A stretch of DNA of 64,000 nucleotides from Eledone cirrhosa (lineage: Eukaryota), in contig OZ024741.1 of NCBI GenBank assembly GCA_964016885.1, positions 192,820,001-192,884,000 on the forward strand, read 5' to 3'. Below, piece by piece: positions 13,509 through 26,766 of the stretch. Numbering within the stretch: the first letter of the stretch is position 1; each line of letters starts with the position of its first letter. Both the position numbers and the translations under genes were made by a program. The notes beneath the pieces are model-generated. The model searched no databases and was not told the DNA's origin. It saw only the letters and a program-made list of their open reading frames with translations.

Positions 13509-16500
13509 TGTAGTGACCTACATTCCGCGGGCTCATATACATTCTCTATGCGTGATTTGGCTCAGTTCAGCCAATCAGCGCCAGTAGAAGAGGATGTATC
13601 CCTACGCGCCCCGAGGAAGAAATTCCCCGCGAAGATTTGAAGAATCTTCCTCTTGTACCGGAAACTTCAAGCCAGCAGCACGCATAATGTAACGGTGAGA
13701 TATTGCACCCTTGCCTCGCCGGCTTAACGGCGCAATGGCACATTCCCTTTTGTAACCTCTTTTTATCTGTAACTTCAACCATATAAGTTAACAAACATTG
13801 TTTGTGCTACATCAAAAATAAACATACATTTCATCTCTAATTACTGCTGTTGAAATCATTATTATGTTACTCGTGTCTCAATAACATCTATAATCCATGC
13901 TGCTGGAATTGGCGACCTGACGAAAGGAATATTGTAAATAGATCGAGGGACCTTCCCTCACGTCTATGTCAACAAGATAATCCAACGAGGATACTATCAC
14001 TTACCACACTGGCAACTAACGACTACTTAATAACTAATACTGCTAAAGTGGATTTACCATCTATTTTCAATATTCCTTTCGTCAGTTATTAGCCTTTAGC
14101 AGTATTAGTTATTAAGTAGTCGTTAGTTGCCAGTGTGGTAAGTGATAGTATCCTCGTTGGATTATCTTGTTGACATAGACGTGAGGGAAGGTCCCTCGAT
14201 CTATTTACAATATTCCTTTCGTCAGGTCGCCAATTCCAGCAGCATGGATTATAGATGTTATTGAGACACGAGTAACATAATAATGATTTGTTCAGCAGTA
14301 ATTAGAGATGAAACGTACGTTTATTTTTGATGTATCACAAACAATGTTTGTTAACTTATATGGTTGAAGTTACAGATAAAAAGAGGTTACAAAAGGGAAT
14401 GTGCCATTGCGCCGCAAAGCCGGCGAGGCTAGGGTGCAATATCTCACCGTTACATTATGCGTGCTGCTGGCTCGAAGTTTCTGGTACAAGAGAGAGATTC
14501 TTCAACTCTTCGCGGGAAATTTCTTCCTCAGGGCGCGTAGGGATACATCCTCTTCTACTGGCGCTGATTGGCTGAACTGAGCCAAATCACGCATAGAGAA
14601 TGTATATGAGCCCGCGGAATGTAGGTCACTACAATACCCCCTTTTTAGACGGTAATCGATACAGATTATTAAATCAGCAAGAACAAATGCCGAAAGAGCA
14701 CATCAGTGACAAAATAATTGAGCAGAAGGCTGCATGCAAGAAAAAAAATGAGGCGCTACGGGCCGTGTTGAGCCGCTGTGTCAAATGACCAGTTGTTTTG
14801 TTGTTTATACGTGACCGCCAAAGGTCTAACAAAAAACGGATAAAGTCTGACATGGGAGAAGTTGCTGTTCTTGCATTAAATGTCAATGGCAAGTGCTGCA
14901 CCAGTAGCTGTGGACGAAGCTATTATGGCAGTGCTGGCCAGAAGATGATGGGTAGGCGAGAAAATGTTGGCCTCCCAGATGTATTGCCGAATGTGCTAGG
15001 AAGCCAGGAAAAAATGGCTGGTTGCTTTGAAAAGAAAAAAAAGCAAGTTTAATCTGTAGGTGGGTTGCAGTGTAAATTCCATAATTCGGGCGAATCCACA
15101 GAAGTGGCCGAAATGCTGACAAGTCCAGTTCAATTTGTTGCTTTCCCAGCGAGTCGGGCAAAAACAACAAGACGGATGGCTGTCATTGACGATCAGTGTG
15201 CAACGAGATGCGAAGCTGTTTGAGTTCAGCTGCAATTAGTATTCTCGTGTTGCGGTGCCTGTTTGAATCCAGTGGATTAAGCTCTGTGAGCTGCTAGCAT
15301 GTGACAGCTCCTCAACCAGGTGAAAAGGGGCTCGCAGAATATTACGTTTGAAGAACATATACCAAGAACAACATGTTGGTGTGTGATAAAAAAATGTGTG
15401 CATATGCAGGCATGTAAAACAGCAAAGAATGTGAATGAACAAAAACCATGAGCAAGCAAATGGCAAAAGAGCACAAAACAAGTAAATGCATCCTACAAAG
15501 AAATATGTGAATGTAACAAACTGATAATTCAAAGTCAATCTAAGGAAGCAGAGAAATTGCTCAATAAGTTCAAAGTTTTTCAAAGTCAAATAGTTCACAC
15601 ATCACCAGTGTACAGACACTAGTTCTATCTGAAAACAGAAAAAGAAGTTTGCTAATGCCGTTAGGGGTTAGATGTATGGTGTTTTTGTGAGTTTTCGTGG
15701 CCATCTTGTGTGGCATAAGGTTGTGTTGCTTATTGTTAAAGCAAAGTCAAAGAATCTTCTGTAGAGTAGCAGTCACCAAACATGGCAGCCACGTCTGACG
15801 CCATAATGGTGAGAAAACTACTGTCTCAATTTCTCGAGTCCCTGTGGTAACGAGACAGAAGGTATGGTGGTTGCGTCGGTAAAGTTACAAGCCGTTTTGA
15901 AATTTCCGATGTGTGGTGTTTTGCGTCGGTAAGGCTATGAAGCTGCCACTCACTGTTCCCTGTATTGGTCAGTGGTTAAACAACGCTGTCGCTGCTGCTG
16001 TTGTTGTTGTTGTCGAGTGTAGTTAGGACTTGTCGGTAGCCATCTTGAAATTTTTTGAAATACTGCCAATTTTTCAAAAACATTTTGAAAGGAATATATT
16101 GTATTTTCGCAAGTTGCGAAAAAGGTTGGCAACGTGGCAATAAAAGTTCAACTGAATGAAAAAGAAGGGCTGCGTTAAATTCTTACGTCGGTCACCACTT
16201 TAGCAGTATAAGTTATTAAGTAGTCGTTAGTTGCCAGTGATGTAAGTGATAGTATCCTCGTTGGATTATCTTGTTGACATAGACGTGAGGGAAGGTCCCT
16301 CGATCTATTTACAATATTCCTTTCGTCAGGTCGCCAATTCCAGCAGCATGGATTATAGATGTTATTGAGACACGAGTAACATAATAATGATTTCAACAGC
16401 AGTAATTAGAGATGAAATGTATGTTTATTTTTGATGTAGCACAAACAATGTTTGTTAACTTATATGGTTGAAGTTACAGATAAAAAGAGGTTACAAAAGG

Positions 16501-16737
16501 GAATGTGCCATTGCGCCGTTAAGCCGGCGAGGCTAGGGTGCAATATCTCACCGTTACATTATGCGTGTTGCTGGTTCGAAGTTTCTGGTACAAGAGAGAG
16601 ATTCTTCAAATCTTCGCGGGGAATTTCTTCCTCAGTGCGCGTAGGGATACATCCTCTTCTACTGGCGCTGATTGGCTGAACTGAGCCAAATCACGCATAG
16701 AGAATGTATATGAGCCCGCGGAATGTAGGTCACTACA
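13509..16737 (-). mobile_element. Non-autonomous LTR-type element with two direct LTRs plus a third inverted LTR, bounded by a 4-bp TSD
   Basis: ~540 bp repeats at 16195-16737 and 14094-14633 (direct) and 13509-14051 (inverted). Minus-strand PBS-like TGGTGACCGACGT follows the 5' LTR. PPT-like AAAAAGGGGG precedes the 3' LTR. TSD ATAC at 13505-13508 and 16738-16741. No gag/pol motif recognised internally. Confidence 0.8.
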
Positions 16738-19230
16738 ATACAAAAGCTATAAGTGACAATTGGAACAGCCAATGAATTTATAGCTAACATCTTGTTATGA
16801 GCATTTAGTTCTGATTTCAGAACTGTGCGTACTCTCCTGTAACATTCCTTCCTTATCCCCTCTTTCATACTTGCATGCTGTATGCCAGAGCCCTCATTAA
16901 TCCCTAAGTATTTATAGGCTTGTTCCTGCTCAAGTTCTTTTATGACTGTTTCAGCATCTAATTCAACTAAGTTTGAGTTGACAAGCTTCCCCTTCTTGAA
17001 AATGGCTTTGGAACACTTATCAAGTCCAAACTCCATCCTGACGTCATCACTAAATGTTTTTACATCCAGCTCATCATTGTCTTTGCAATATAGCTTTAAA
17101 TCATCCCAATAAAATAGGTGGCTTATTTTCCTGTCAAATTTGTAACCCTCCTGTTCTATTAAGTTCGGATGTAAAGTGTATTAAAGCTATGCAAATGAGT
17201 AAGGTGAAAGTGAGTCACCTTGGAAAATGCCAGAGTTGATGTTTATATTTTTAGAACTTAGTACTTGATTGGAATGAAATAATTGAAGATTTGTGTTCCA
17301 CAATGACATATTGTGTTTCAGGTAGTTTGAAATCACAGGTGAGATTTTGAAGATGTCCAGTCATTTCAGAATCCATGAGTGCGGTATGCTGTCAAAAACC
17401 TTTTTTGTAATCGATCCATGCAGAACTGAGATTTCTGTGTTTATTATGACAGTTCAATGGGGAAAAGATTGTTTTCCTCCAAAAACACGTATGATTTCTC
17501 CATGAGAATAGAAGTTAATAGTTTATAAGTGGTGGACAAGCAGGTTATGGGCCGATAGCTTTTTTATCCTTAGTTTCATTGTTCTTTGGGAGAAGGTAAG
17601 TAAGGCCACTTTCTATCCAGTCAGGTGCTTTTGGAGATCTTTCATAATTCCGTTGAACAGCTTGACTAATATATTGTGAGTGCACCGGAGTGAGGAAAGC
17701 CAGAAATTTGGCACGCTGTCTCTGCCAGGAGATTTCCACTTATGAGCTTTATTGAGTGTTGTCCTTAAGTCTCCTATAGAGATGTCTTCCCATGTCTGTT
17801 CTTGTAAATTTGTGAAGGATTTTTCCAAGCGACTAATCCAATCTACATTAGCATTATGTGACTTCTCATCATTCCAAATGTTTCTCCAAACCTCTTCAAC
17901 ATCTTCTATGGAAGGACGGTCTTCAATAGTTATTTTCTCCTTCCCCATTTCTCTAGAAAATGACGAGAACAAATTATTTTGCCTGGAGAAGTTGTTTCGC
18001 TTCTCAAATCTACGAATTCATTAGGCTTTTACTTGCACGTTTTATTTTAGTTTCCTTTGTTGATATTAGTAATTCTCCAGGAGAAAGTCCATATTTTCTC
18101 TTTAGCCCTCTTCCCTTCCTGGATCTCACACCATTTCCTCATTCAGTAAAGAAATTTTCCCTCTCATTAGGTCAAACTCATTTTCAATTCTACTCCTCTA
18201 AATTGGTTTACTTCTCAAGTTAGACTTTCTTTGTTTTTTGTGGTGTTAAACAACTTGTTTCATTTACACTAGCAGATGGTTAAATGATTTCATTTAACTC
18301 AGTAAGATCAGGTTCTAGTTCTTCTATGATTTCTTTTATTACAGAGTTTCCAATCATTATTTGTTTTTTATTTTGGTTTGTATTTGGGAGTTTTTGAAGT
18401 GGTTCTCTATCATTTATACTAGTATGTCTTACAACTGCAAGCTCATTCAGTATTTTCTGTTTCAACCCTTCATAGACTCGCTGTGTTCTTCAGCACAAGT
18501 TTGGTCTTCAAGTACTGTTTCTATACCCCATTGCTGGGTATTTTCAGCAGGTGCAATATGACTTCTCACTTCTACAAACCTATTTGAGATTTGGTCAGAT
18601 GGTGGTCTTTCGGTAAAAACTTGAGACTGGTTACTATCTCCGGGAGGTTCTTCAGTTCTTCCATCACTTATATTTATGTCATTCTCCACAGAATGCTTGA
18701 TCGCAGTTATTTCAGTATCTGTGAGTCTATTATTTTTGAAGATATCCCTCCTAACATTTGCTAACTTAACTTCATCCAGATGACGTCTGCTAGCTTCATT
18801 CCATGTTTTCCATATTTTGTAAGGGTTTGCAGTGTGTCTGTCTTGTGATGGCTTACCTAATATATAGTAATATACATATGTTACTTCTTTATACTTTTCT
18901 CGAGTCCATTTCATCATTTTACATTTTTCGTTTCGGGGTGGCTTTGATGAGGAAGCTGGGAGGCTCTTGTTGGGGCAATCCCCGTTCAAGTGACCATCCA
19001 GGGCCATATTCGGAGAAGTGTTTGTGATAGAGGAAGACTTTTCGAACTCAGTTTGCTACCTTCCTGAGGGACGCGCTTCCTGATTAACCATAGGACAAAC
19101 GATTTGGTGTTCTATATTAATTTTTATTTGTTCTTCCCGCTGTACATGCTTGCGTTACGCATAGAATTGGAGGTGCATGGAATGCTGCCCGGCTCTTTGG
19201 GTAGTGAACTGGCTGGCCAACAGTGAAAAC
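16738..19230 (-). mobile_element. R4/Dong-type non-LTR retrotransposon, 5' part (N-terminal domain and RT), decayed
   Basis: MKWTRE..., WKSPGRD, GLTYLLPK, MEFGLDKCSK, YKYLG and AINSLAVP motifs. The 5' end abuts an (ATT)n tract at ~19231-19265. Confidence 0.88.
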
Positions 19231-19739
19231 ATTATTACCATTATTATGATTATGATTATTATTATACTGAATCTCTCGAAACGTGTGTAACTACAATGGA
19301 GTAAGTTAATTGATATTTTATGTGTTAATGAAACATTCATACAGAATATTATACATTTTTGTGTAGCTAAAAAAACCCTCTTTCAGAGGAGGTGGGTTTT
19401 TAACTGTATTTGTCGCCCTTAAGGGCTGAATTCGTGTTTATTTAAAATCACACAGCAGTAGCCATACAGCGCCAGATTATTTCGATAATTTTCCGTCGTT
19501 AGGAAAATCAACTCCAACAATCACAGACAAAGACAACAATAACACCAGCGTCAAACGCCACCTCAACAACTACAACAACAGCAACAGCAGCCACAAAAGA
19601 TCCAAAGAACAACAACTGTAATAGCAGCAACACAGAAGAAAAAAGTAACAAGACCACCTCCACCACTTTCACATCATCATCAACAACAACAACAACAACA
19701 AGAGTGACGAACCAACACAGCAAACAGAAGCATCCCAAG

Positions 19740-21010
19740 CTACATCATTCGCGAAGGCTGTGAAAAATGTCGAACGCGTACACGTCAGTGACACGGAAGT
19801 GAGGCAGGCCAAGGTGTTGGTAAAGAAAACCGGACACAGGGGAAGTCTTACTCATCCACCCTATGTCATGAAAAACCGGCGTTTGTGTTTGGTTTCCTAC
19901 AGCACAATTGGACTAAAGTCGCCCCGGGTAGAACGGGAAAACGAGTCGCAGGTCGAAAGGGCTATGGGTGACATCTGGGCACAGAAAACCTACATAGCCC
20001 GAAGACATAGTGGATGATCTCTTCGCTACATAGTGGATGATCTCTTACGCCACTCCGCAGAGATGAAATAGTAATGATGTCCACATACTGCGGCCAGAGA
20101 GTCGCAAGGCTCCGAGTGATCCAGGTTCCGCCCTCAGTGGACATCGCTTGGCTGATGGCAGCCGTCTTCGCTGACGTCGACGAGTCAACAACAATCATTG
20201 ATGTCATACGGATAAGACAGGAAAACTGGTCAGGCTCAGGGATGGAGCTAATCATCCAAGCAGACCACGAGAGCATAGAAACCATCCCCGATGGCAGCCA
20301 TCTACCCGTGTCAGTCGAAGGTAGGCTCCCAAGGTGTCACGAGTGCGGTGCACAAGACGCCCCTTATGGCCTTCTGCCAGAAACGCACCAAGGCGGGCAC
20401 GCTTTCCCCCTTCTCCCCATGCCGTGCCCCGCGACTGCAGTGACCAAACCACTCGAGAAAAACTACCAACACCAACAACAAAAATACCATCTCCTTGACC
20501 ACCAACAGCGCCAAAGAACCAATGGAGAGCATGCCCCTACCCGATATCGTTAAATCGGATAAGGAGTGTGATGACGCTGAAGGTGGAAAATCATCGCAGC
20601 AAAAAAAAAAAAAAAAGAATGCCCTCAAAAAAAGGAGGCGGAAAAAAAATGAAAAAGTCAACGATCTCACCGCCATCACCATCAACAGCCACACACCCAC
20701 AACCACCTGCTCCATCACCACTACCACCGACACCACCACCAACGACTCCACCACAACAACACCATGACCACCACCATGACCACTACCACCGCCACAACCA
20801 CCATTATCATCTACCCCAAGGTCACATCCAACAACACTACAGCAAACACAGAAAGCACCAACATCCCAAAAGCAGACACGATACCCAGCTATAGACACAG
20901 ACGTCACAAAGCGTTTAAATTACATTCAACACTACACCAACATCTCAGAAACAAACTACATACAAACCACCCAAATTGCATCCCCCATACACATAAAAAT
21001 AATTGAAATC
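19740..21010 (+). pseudogene. ORF1 (gag-like, CCHC knuckle) of a Tx1/L1-like LINE, frameshifted
   Basis: VSVEGRLPRCHECGA zinc-knuckle start. Lies directly upstream of an APE ORF2; Lys/Thr-rich low-complexity tail. Confidence 0.6.
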
Positions 21011-21227
21011 TCTCAAAAGAATTACACAACATTAAAGAAAAAGTACTCCGCGTCAATTGGAGACTATTGAGGGAACATCACTAAAAGAATATACTCTGAC
21101 ATTCTCGTGGAGAAATCCACCACTGGTCGGAGGGATGGATCACCCACACCCTTCCGTAAAAACCTACAGGAACATTTTTTTGTTTTACTTTTCCCCTCTA
21201 ACTTGTTTTCCTCCTATCTTAGACAAC

Positions 21228-22366
21228 ATGGCTTCTCTCAGGATAGGCAACATAAATACACATGGCATGGGTTCGTATTCCAAGCAAGGTTACCTGCTCA
21301 ACGATCTAAACATAGCCATCAGCTAAACCAGAATATCCGAGGCAGGGCTTTCGCACCCATTTTCGGCGGCTACGAGGTGTACACACCTCCAAGCCATCCC
21401 GGATTTGGGGTTGTGTTGCTCCGGAGAAGTCTGGATCTCGCTATACAGGCCCCCTTCTTGGACCCAGAAGGTAAGTTGGTGGTGCTGGACGTGACCAGCA
21501 GTGAAGAGCAAATTTCAGGCTAGTGGCCGACAGGGGCAGGACGGCCTGACTTCTTCCGGCGACTGGAGAACTTTCTTGGAACGTGACGCTCTTTAGTGGT
21601 AGTGGGTAACTGGAACGGGATCTTAGATGCACGCTGGGATTGTGTGGGATTAGCGGATAGTGGAAGAGTAAGTAAAAGCCTCACAAACCTGCTCAGACGT
21701 TTTCAACTGTCTGGCAGGTATCGTCTGGATTTCCTGAATGTGGACATGGACAAAGCACATAGGGTCATCCAGATCGTATCTAGATAGGTCTAGAATAATC
21801 TGTCCACAATTCAAGATAATCGACTACACAGACCAAAAATTCGTGATCTGTGTGGTCGACTTAGATAAGCTACTGGAAGCTAAACTCGTCGTAGACAGCA
21901 CGCAAAGCCTACAGAGGCCGGATTAGCGAACTAGTTAAGCGGGCGTTGACGGGAGCAATCGTTAACAACAAATGCGTGCTCTCAGGCACCAGGGGACGAA
22001 AGCCGTTCAATGGACCCGGGTGGCGCAGGCGCGTCGTGGCAATTAAGCCACTATTCGGTGGAAGACCACGACGGGCGCATGATACTCGATCCCGGGAAAA
22101 TGTGTGCGGATTTTCAGCGACACTTCTATCAGCTGTTCAGGAGCAGCTACGGGCCCGATCGCGGGATGGACTTTAATGCCTACCTTGTCGGACTGCCACG
22201 GTTCTCGGCCTCTGAGTCGAAGTATTGCAAAAAGCCTATAATAGCCGCTGAAGTACGGGAGGCAATGACTGGCTGCACGATGAGCAAATCACCTGGTTTG
22301 GATGGTCTGCCCTACGAGCTTTACGTACATATGCCAGGTTTGTTCGGTAACCTCTTGGCAGACGTC
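21228..22366 (+). pseudogene. ORF2 5' part (APE endonuclease to pre-RT) of a Tx1/L1-like LINE, cut at an inversion breakpoint
   Basis: MASLRIGNINTHG, DPEGKLVVLD, GNWNGILD, SRSYLDR and KSPGLDGLPYELY motifs. Confidence 0.85.
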
Positions 22367-22657
22367 TGTAGAAACAATTATTCTTAACTCTGAAGCCGAG
22401 AATCATTCGGTTTCCTAAATAGAATTTTAGTTAAAACTTCAGTTATACCATAAACGTGGTTTTGTCTTTGCGTGTAATTGTTCTCACGCACCTCCTAATG
22501 ACGTATTATCTTCGTTTTTTTCGTTCATTGCCAGAGAACGTCTCCACAAACCACCTAATAGAATATTAGTCTACGACTTCCTTTATACCATAAGTGTGGT
22601 TTTGTCTTTGCGTGTAATTGTTTTCACCGCTCCAAATAATGATGTATTATCTTCGCT

Positions 22658-22848
22658 GCGGTGGACTGGCAGTATCGGTAGAGGGTCGGACGCCATGCTT
22701 TGACGCATAAAGTTACGGCCCTTGCCATTCTGAGTTCAAATCCCGCCGAGGTTAATTTGCCTTTCATCCTTACGGGGTCGATAAAATAAAGTACCAGTAA
22801 TGCACTGGGTAATTGCTGGCCTTGTGCCAAAAAAGTAGAAACAATTAT
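22658..22848 (+). mobile_element. tRNA-derived SINE
   Basis: A-box-like TGGCAGTATCGG, B-box GAGTTCAAATCC and central core GCCTTTCATCCTTACGGGGTCGATAAAATAAAGTACCAG. Flanking TTATCTTCG duplication within a ~138 bp tandem repeat. Confidence 0.88.
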
Positions 22849-23665
22849 CTTCGTTTTTTCCGTTCTTTGCCAGTGAACATTTCCACGAACCAAAGTATCG
22901 TCTTCCTGTCTTGCTTCAGTTGCAACGTTTTTCGAAATATTTACTTCTGCGTTCACAGATTGATTTTTTTAGTTTCAGAAGATCCCGTTAAGGGTGAAAG
23001 CAGCGATTCTTTGCTTTAACTTTAATCTGTTATTTTAATATATATATATATATATATAAAGAATTAATATCTAGTAACATATATATACATACAGATGCAT
23101 ATATATATATATATATAAACTTTCAATCATAGCTAAAGAGTGTATACGTTCATATTTTATAATTCTGTGGGTGACATTTTGAAAAGCTTATGGCCAGTAT
23201 TGGAATAAATAGGATTTCGATAGTCAGAATGTGGGGGTATCTCTGTTTACGAAGCCATTTGTATTTCTGTTTACAACTGTCCTCTTTTTGGGGCTCATAG
23301 CGAGTTAGCGAGAGATATCTATTTATCCTTCTTAATAACCTGTCCTCTCTTAATCCCCACCAACTGTAGCCATGTAAAATAGCAAGTCTACATCTGCTAG
23401 CAGTTAAGAGAGGATAGTTTCTTAAAACGTCGCCGTTTTGCAATGCTCCTTACTAGTTCACTGATACAATTAACGCGTAAACCTGCTGTGTCTCTTGGAA
23501 ACACTTCACCGTATAATGAGAAGTATTCATGTTTATAACTCACTAATATTTTTTGACATTTTATTTAGTTGGCTTTAGGATTTAAGGCAATGCAAGGATA
23601 TACAAGCAAATTTTGTCTTCAAAGGTTAAATGTTGATTACGATAATAATAATGATAATAATAATA

Positions 23666-24915
23666 AAGAACAAAAAAAATGAAGGAATTGATAATCTGAG
23701 TACATAAGGAGAGTAAGGAGCGTATTAAAATCACATCTAAATAGTAGGAATGTCATAAGTGCAGTGAATTCCCGAGCTGTGTCTATTATTAGGTACAGTG
23801 CGGGAATTCTGAAATGGAATGTTGCTGAACAAAAAGAAATGGATAGGAAGACTAAGAAGCTAATGACTATCTACAACATGTTCCAAAAGAGGGGTGATCT
23901 CGATAGACTCTACCTAAAAAGATCTGAAGGTCGAAGAAGTTTTATCAGCATAGAGGACTGTGTTCAGATGGAGAAAAACAACCTGCACAAATATGTGTCT
24001 GACAGAAGGGAGCCAATGCTCAAAATTGTACTGAAGGAGAAGACAATAGACCAGGGGATGTCCAAGGAGGAAATAACAACAAGGAGAAAGAGCAACCTTC
24101 ATGAAAAATCCCTTCATAGCACCTTCTTTAAGAAAACGGAATTTAGAGATCTACAGACATGGAACTGGTTAAAAAGAGACCTTAAAAAGCTACAGAAAGA
24201 ACGAAGTGAGTGAAACAACATATTTACAAGGAGGAGGCTAGCACACTGTGTAGGATCTGTGGAGAGAGAGAGGAGACTGTGGCTCACATTGTATCCGAGT
24301 GTAAACACCTAGCCCAGACTCACTATAAAGGCTGGAGACATGATCTCATAGGCAGGGTGATCCACTGGCATCTATGCAAAGTAAACAATTTACCACATTC
24401 TGAGAAGTGGTATGAGCATAAGTCAAAGTCGGTGATAGAAAACGACTATGTGAAGTTGCTATGGGATTTTAGGATACAGACGGACAATAAATTAGAACAC
24501 AATAGGCCAGACCTGGTGGTTTTGGACAAGGAAAAAAGATCATGCCTGATTGTAGATGTAGCCTGCCCATTTGACATGAGGGTGCAAGACAAGGAGAGGG
24601 AGAAAATTAACCGATACCAGGACTTAAAGTGGGAATTAAAAAGGATTTGAAACTGCCATGAAGTCAAGGTCGTCCCGATTGTCATAGGCGCAGTAGGTAC
24701 TATCTCATAGAGTTTCCAAGGATGGTTAAAGAAAATTAGTCCAGCCCCGCATTTTGGAACACTTCAAAAGGCATGCTTGCTGGGAACAGCAAGAACCCTC
24801 CGATACGTCCTGAATATCTGAGGCTGCAGCTAGCGGCTTGATATTCATTTCAACAAACTTTCAAGTTAAATAACCTCAATGACTCAGACTCAAAGAACAA
24901 TAATAATAATAATAT
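23666..24915 (+). mobile_element. 5'-truncated R4/Dong-type LINE (thumb, CCHC, RLE) flanked by (TAA)n
   Basis: DRLYLKRSEG, CRICGEREETVAHIVSEC...RHD, LLWDFRIQTD...NRPD and IVDVACP motifs. (TAA)n at both ends. Confidence 0.9.
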
Positions 24916-24919
24916 AATT

Positions 24920-25624
24920 CTTTCTTTATTAACCACAAGGGTTGACATAAAGTAGAACATTAAGGACAGCACAGGACGGTACAAATGGGCATTTCTGCGT
25001 GTTAAGAAAAAACAATAACAAAGGGAATAACAAAAAGAAACAGAAGATGTAACAAAAAAATAACAATGAAAAATTACCCAATAGGGGGGAGACTTCCGAA
25101 GCTCACTCGTGGAGGAACCCCATTAAAAATGACTACCCTGACCACCATGGAAGGTTCCCTCTCCCAGTTCTCCACCTCCAATCTACAGTCACATACACAG
25201 AGCAGGGCCATTCACTCGGGCCAAGCTTGCCTCTCTCACCCATCTTTCAACAAATTGCTGGGAAGAAAGCACTCCCCTCTCCACTCTGACTTTCCTTTTC
25301 AAATGAAATTTGAAAAAGTTAATCAGGGCACCTCGAAGTTTATTCTGAACTGGCAAACTTCCCCGGTAGCGTTGCCAGGCCAGGAATTTTTAGAAGTTGT
25401 TTATGGGCCCCGACCTGAAAGTTCTTCCGAAGAGATTGGTTTTCGTCAACGCGAAGAATCTACCCAAGGACGTCGTCGCTCTTTCCTCCCACTAAACCTC
25501 TAAAGAACGCCAAGGTGGAGTTTCCACCGATCACATCACCCGATTGGTCGAGGACAGTGACCACCTGAAGCCATTCCAATCTCCAAGCGTTCCCTCTCAG
25601 TCTTAGCTTGATCCAACACTGCAG
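24920..25624 (-). mobile_element. 3' end of a Tx1/L1-like LINE (C-terminal ORF2 remnant, 3'UTR with AATAAA)
   Basis: Minus-strand remnant reads FFKFHLKRKVRVERGVLSSQQFVERW. AATAAA lies near the tail. Clade assignment is by resemblance only. Confidence 0.55.
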
Positions 25625-26766
25625 ATATTTGTGCAGGTTGTTTTTCTCCATCTGAACACAGTCCTCTATGCTGATAAAACTTCTTCGACCTTCAGATCTT
25701 TTTAGGTAGAGTCTATCGAGATCACCCCTCTTTTGGAACATGTTGTAGATAGTCATTAGCTTCATAGTCTTCCTATCCATTTCTTTTTGTTCAGCAACAT
25801 TCCATTTCAGAATTCCCGCACTGTACCTAATAATAGACACAGCTCGGGAATTCACTGCACTTATGACATTCCTACTATTTAGATGTGATTTTAATACGCT
25901 CCTTACTCTCCTTATGTACTCAGATTATCAATTCCTTCATTTTTTTTGTTCTTTATTATTATTATCATTATTATTATCGTAATCAACATTTAACCTTTGA
26001 AGACAAAATTTGCTTGTATATCCTTGCATTGCCTTAAATCCTAAAGCCAACTAAATAAAATGTCAAAAAATATTAGTGAGTTATAAACATGAATACTTCT
26101 CATTATACGGTGAAGTGTTTCCAAGAGACACAGCAGGTTTACGCGTTAATTGTATCAGTGAACTAGTAAGGAGCATTGCAAAACGACGACGTTTTAAGAA
26201 ACTATCCTCTCTTAACTGCTAGCAGATGTAGACTTGCTATTTTACATGGCTACAGTTGGTGGGGGTTAAGAGAGGACAGGTTATTAAGAAGGATAAATAG
26301 ATATCTCTCGCTAACTCGCTATGAGCCCCAAAAAGAGGACAGTTGTAAAGAGAAATACAAATGGCTTCGTAAACAGAGATACCCCCACATTCTGACTATC
26401 GAAATCCTATTAATTCCAATACTGCCCATAAGCTTTTCAAAATGTCGCCCACAGAATTATAAAATATGAACGTATACACTCTTTAGCTATAATTGAAAGT
26501 TTATATATATATATATATATGCATCTGTATGTATATATATGTTACTAGATATTAATTCTTTATATATATATATATATTAAAATAACAGATTAAAGTTAAA
26601 GCAAAGAATCGCTGCTTTCACCCTTAACGGGATCTTCTGAAACTAAAAAAATCAATCTGTGAACGCAGAAGTAAATATTTCTAAAAACGTTGCAACCGAA
26701 GCAAGACAGGAAGACGATACTTTGGTTCGTGGAAACGTTCCCTGGCAAAGAACGGAAAAAACGAAG

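Noticed and set aside
13509-16737. DIRS-type element (inverted terminal repeats plus internal complementary region)
   Set aside because: It has a TSD, a PBS and a PPT, its internal copy is a full LTR, and no tyrosine recombinase is visible.
19130-19230. HDV-like ribozyme at the 5' end of the R4/Dong element
   Set aside because: Some pairing is present (CATGC/GCATG around CCTCC), but I could not build the nested pseudoknot by eye; it needs a descriptor search.
23150-23443. 97-aa ORF present twice as a conserved gene
   Set aside because: The second copy comes from the inverted duplication; there is no recognisable domain and it may be a decayed transposon remnant.
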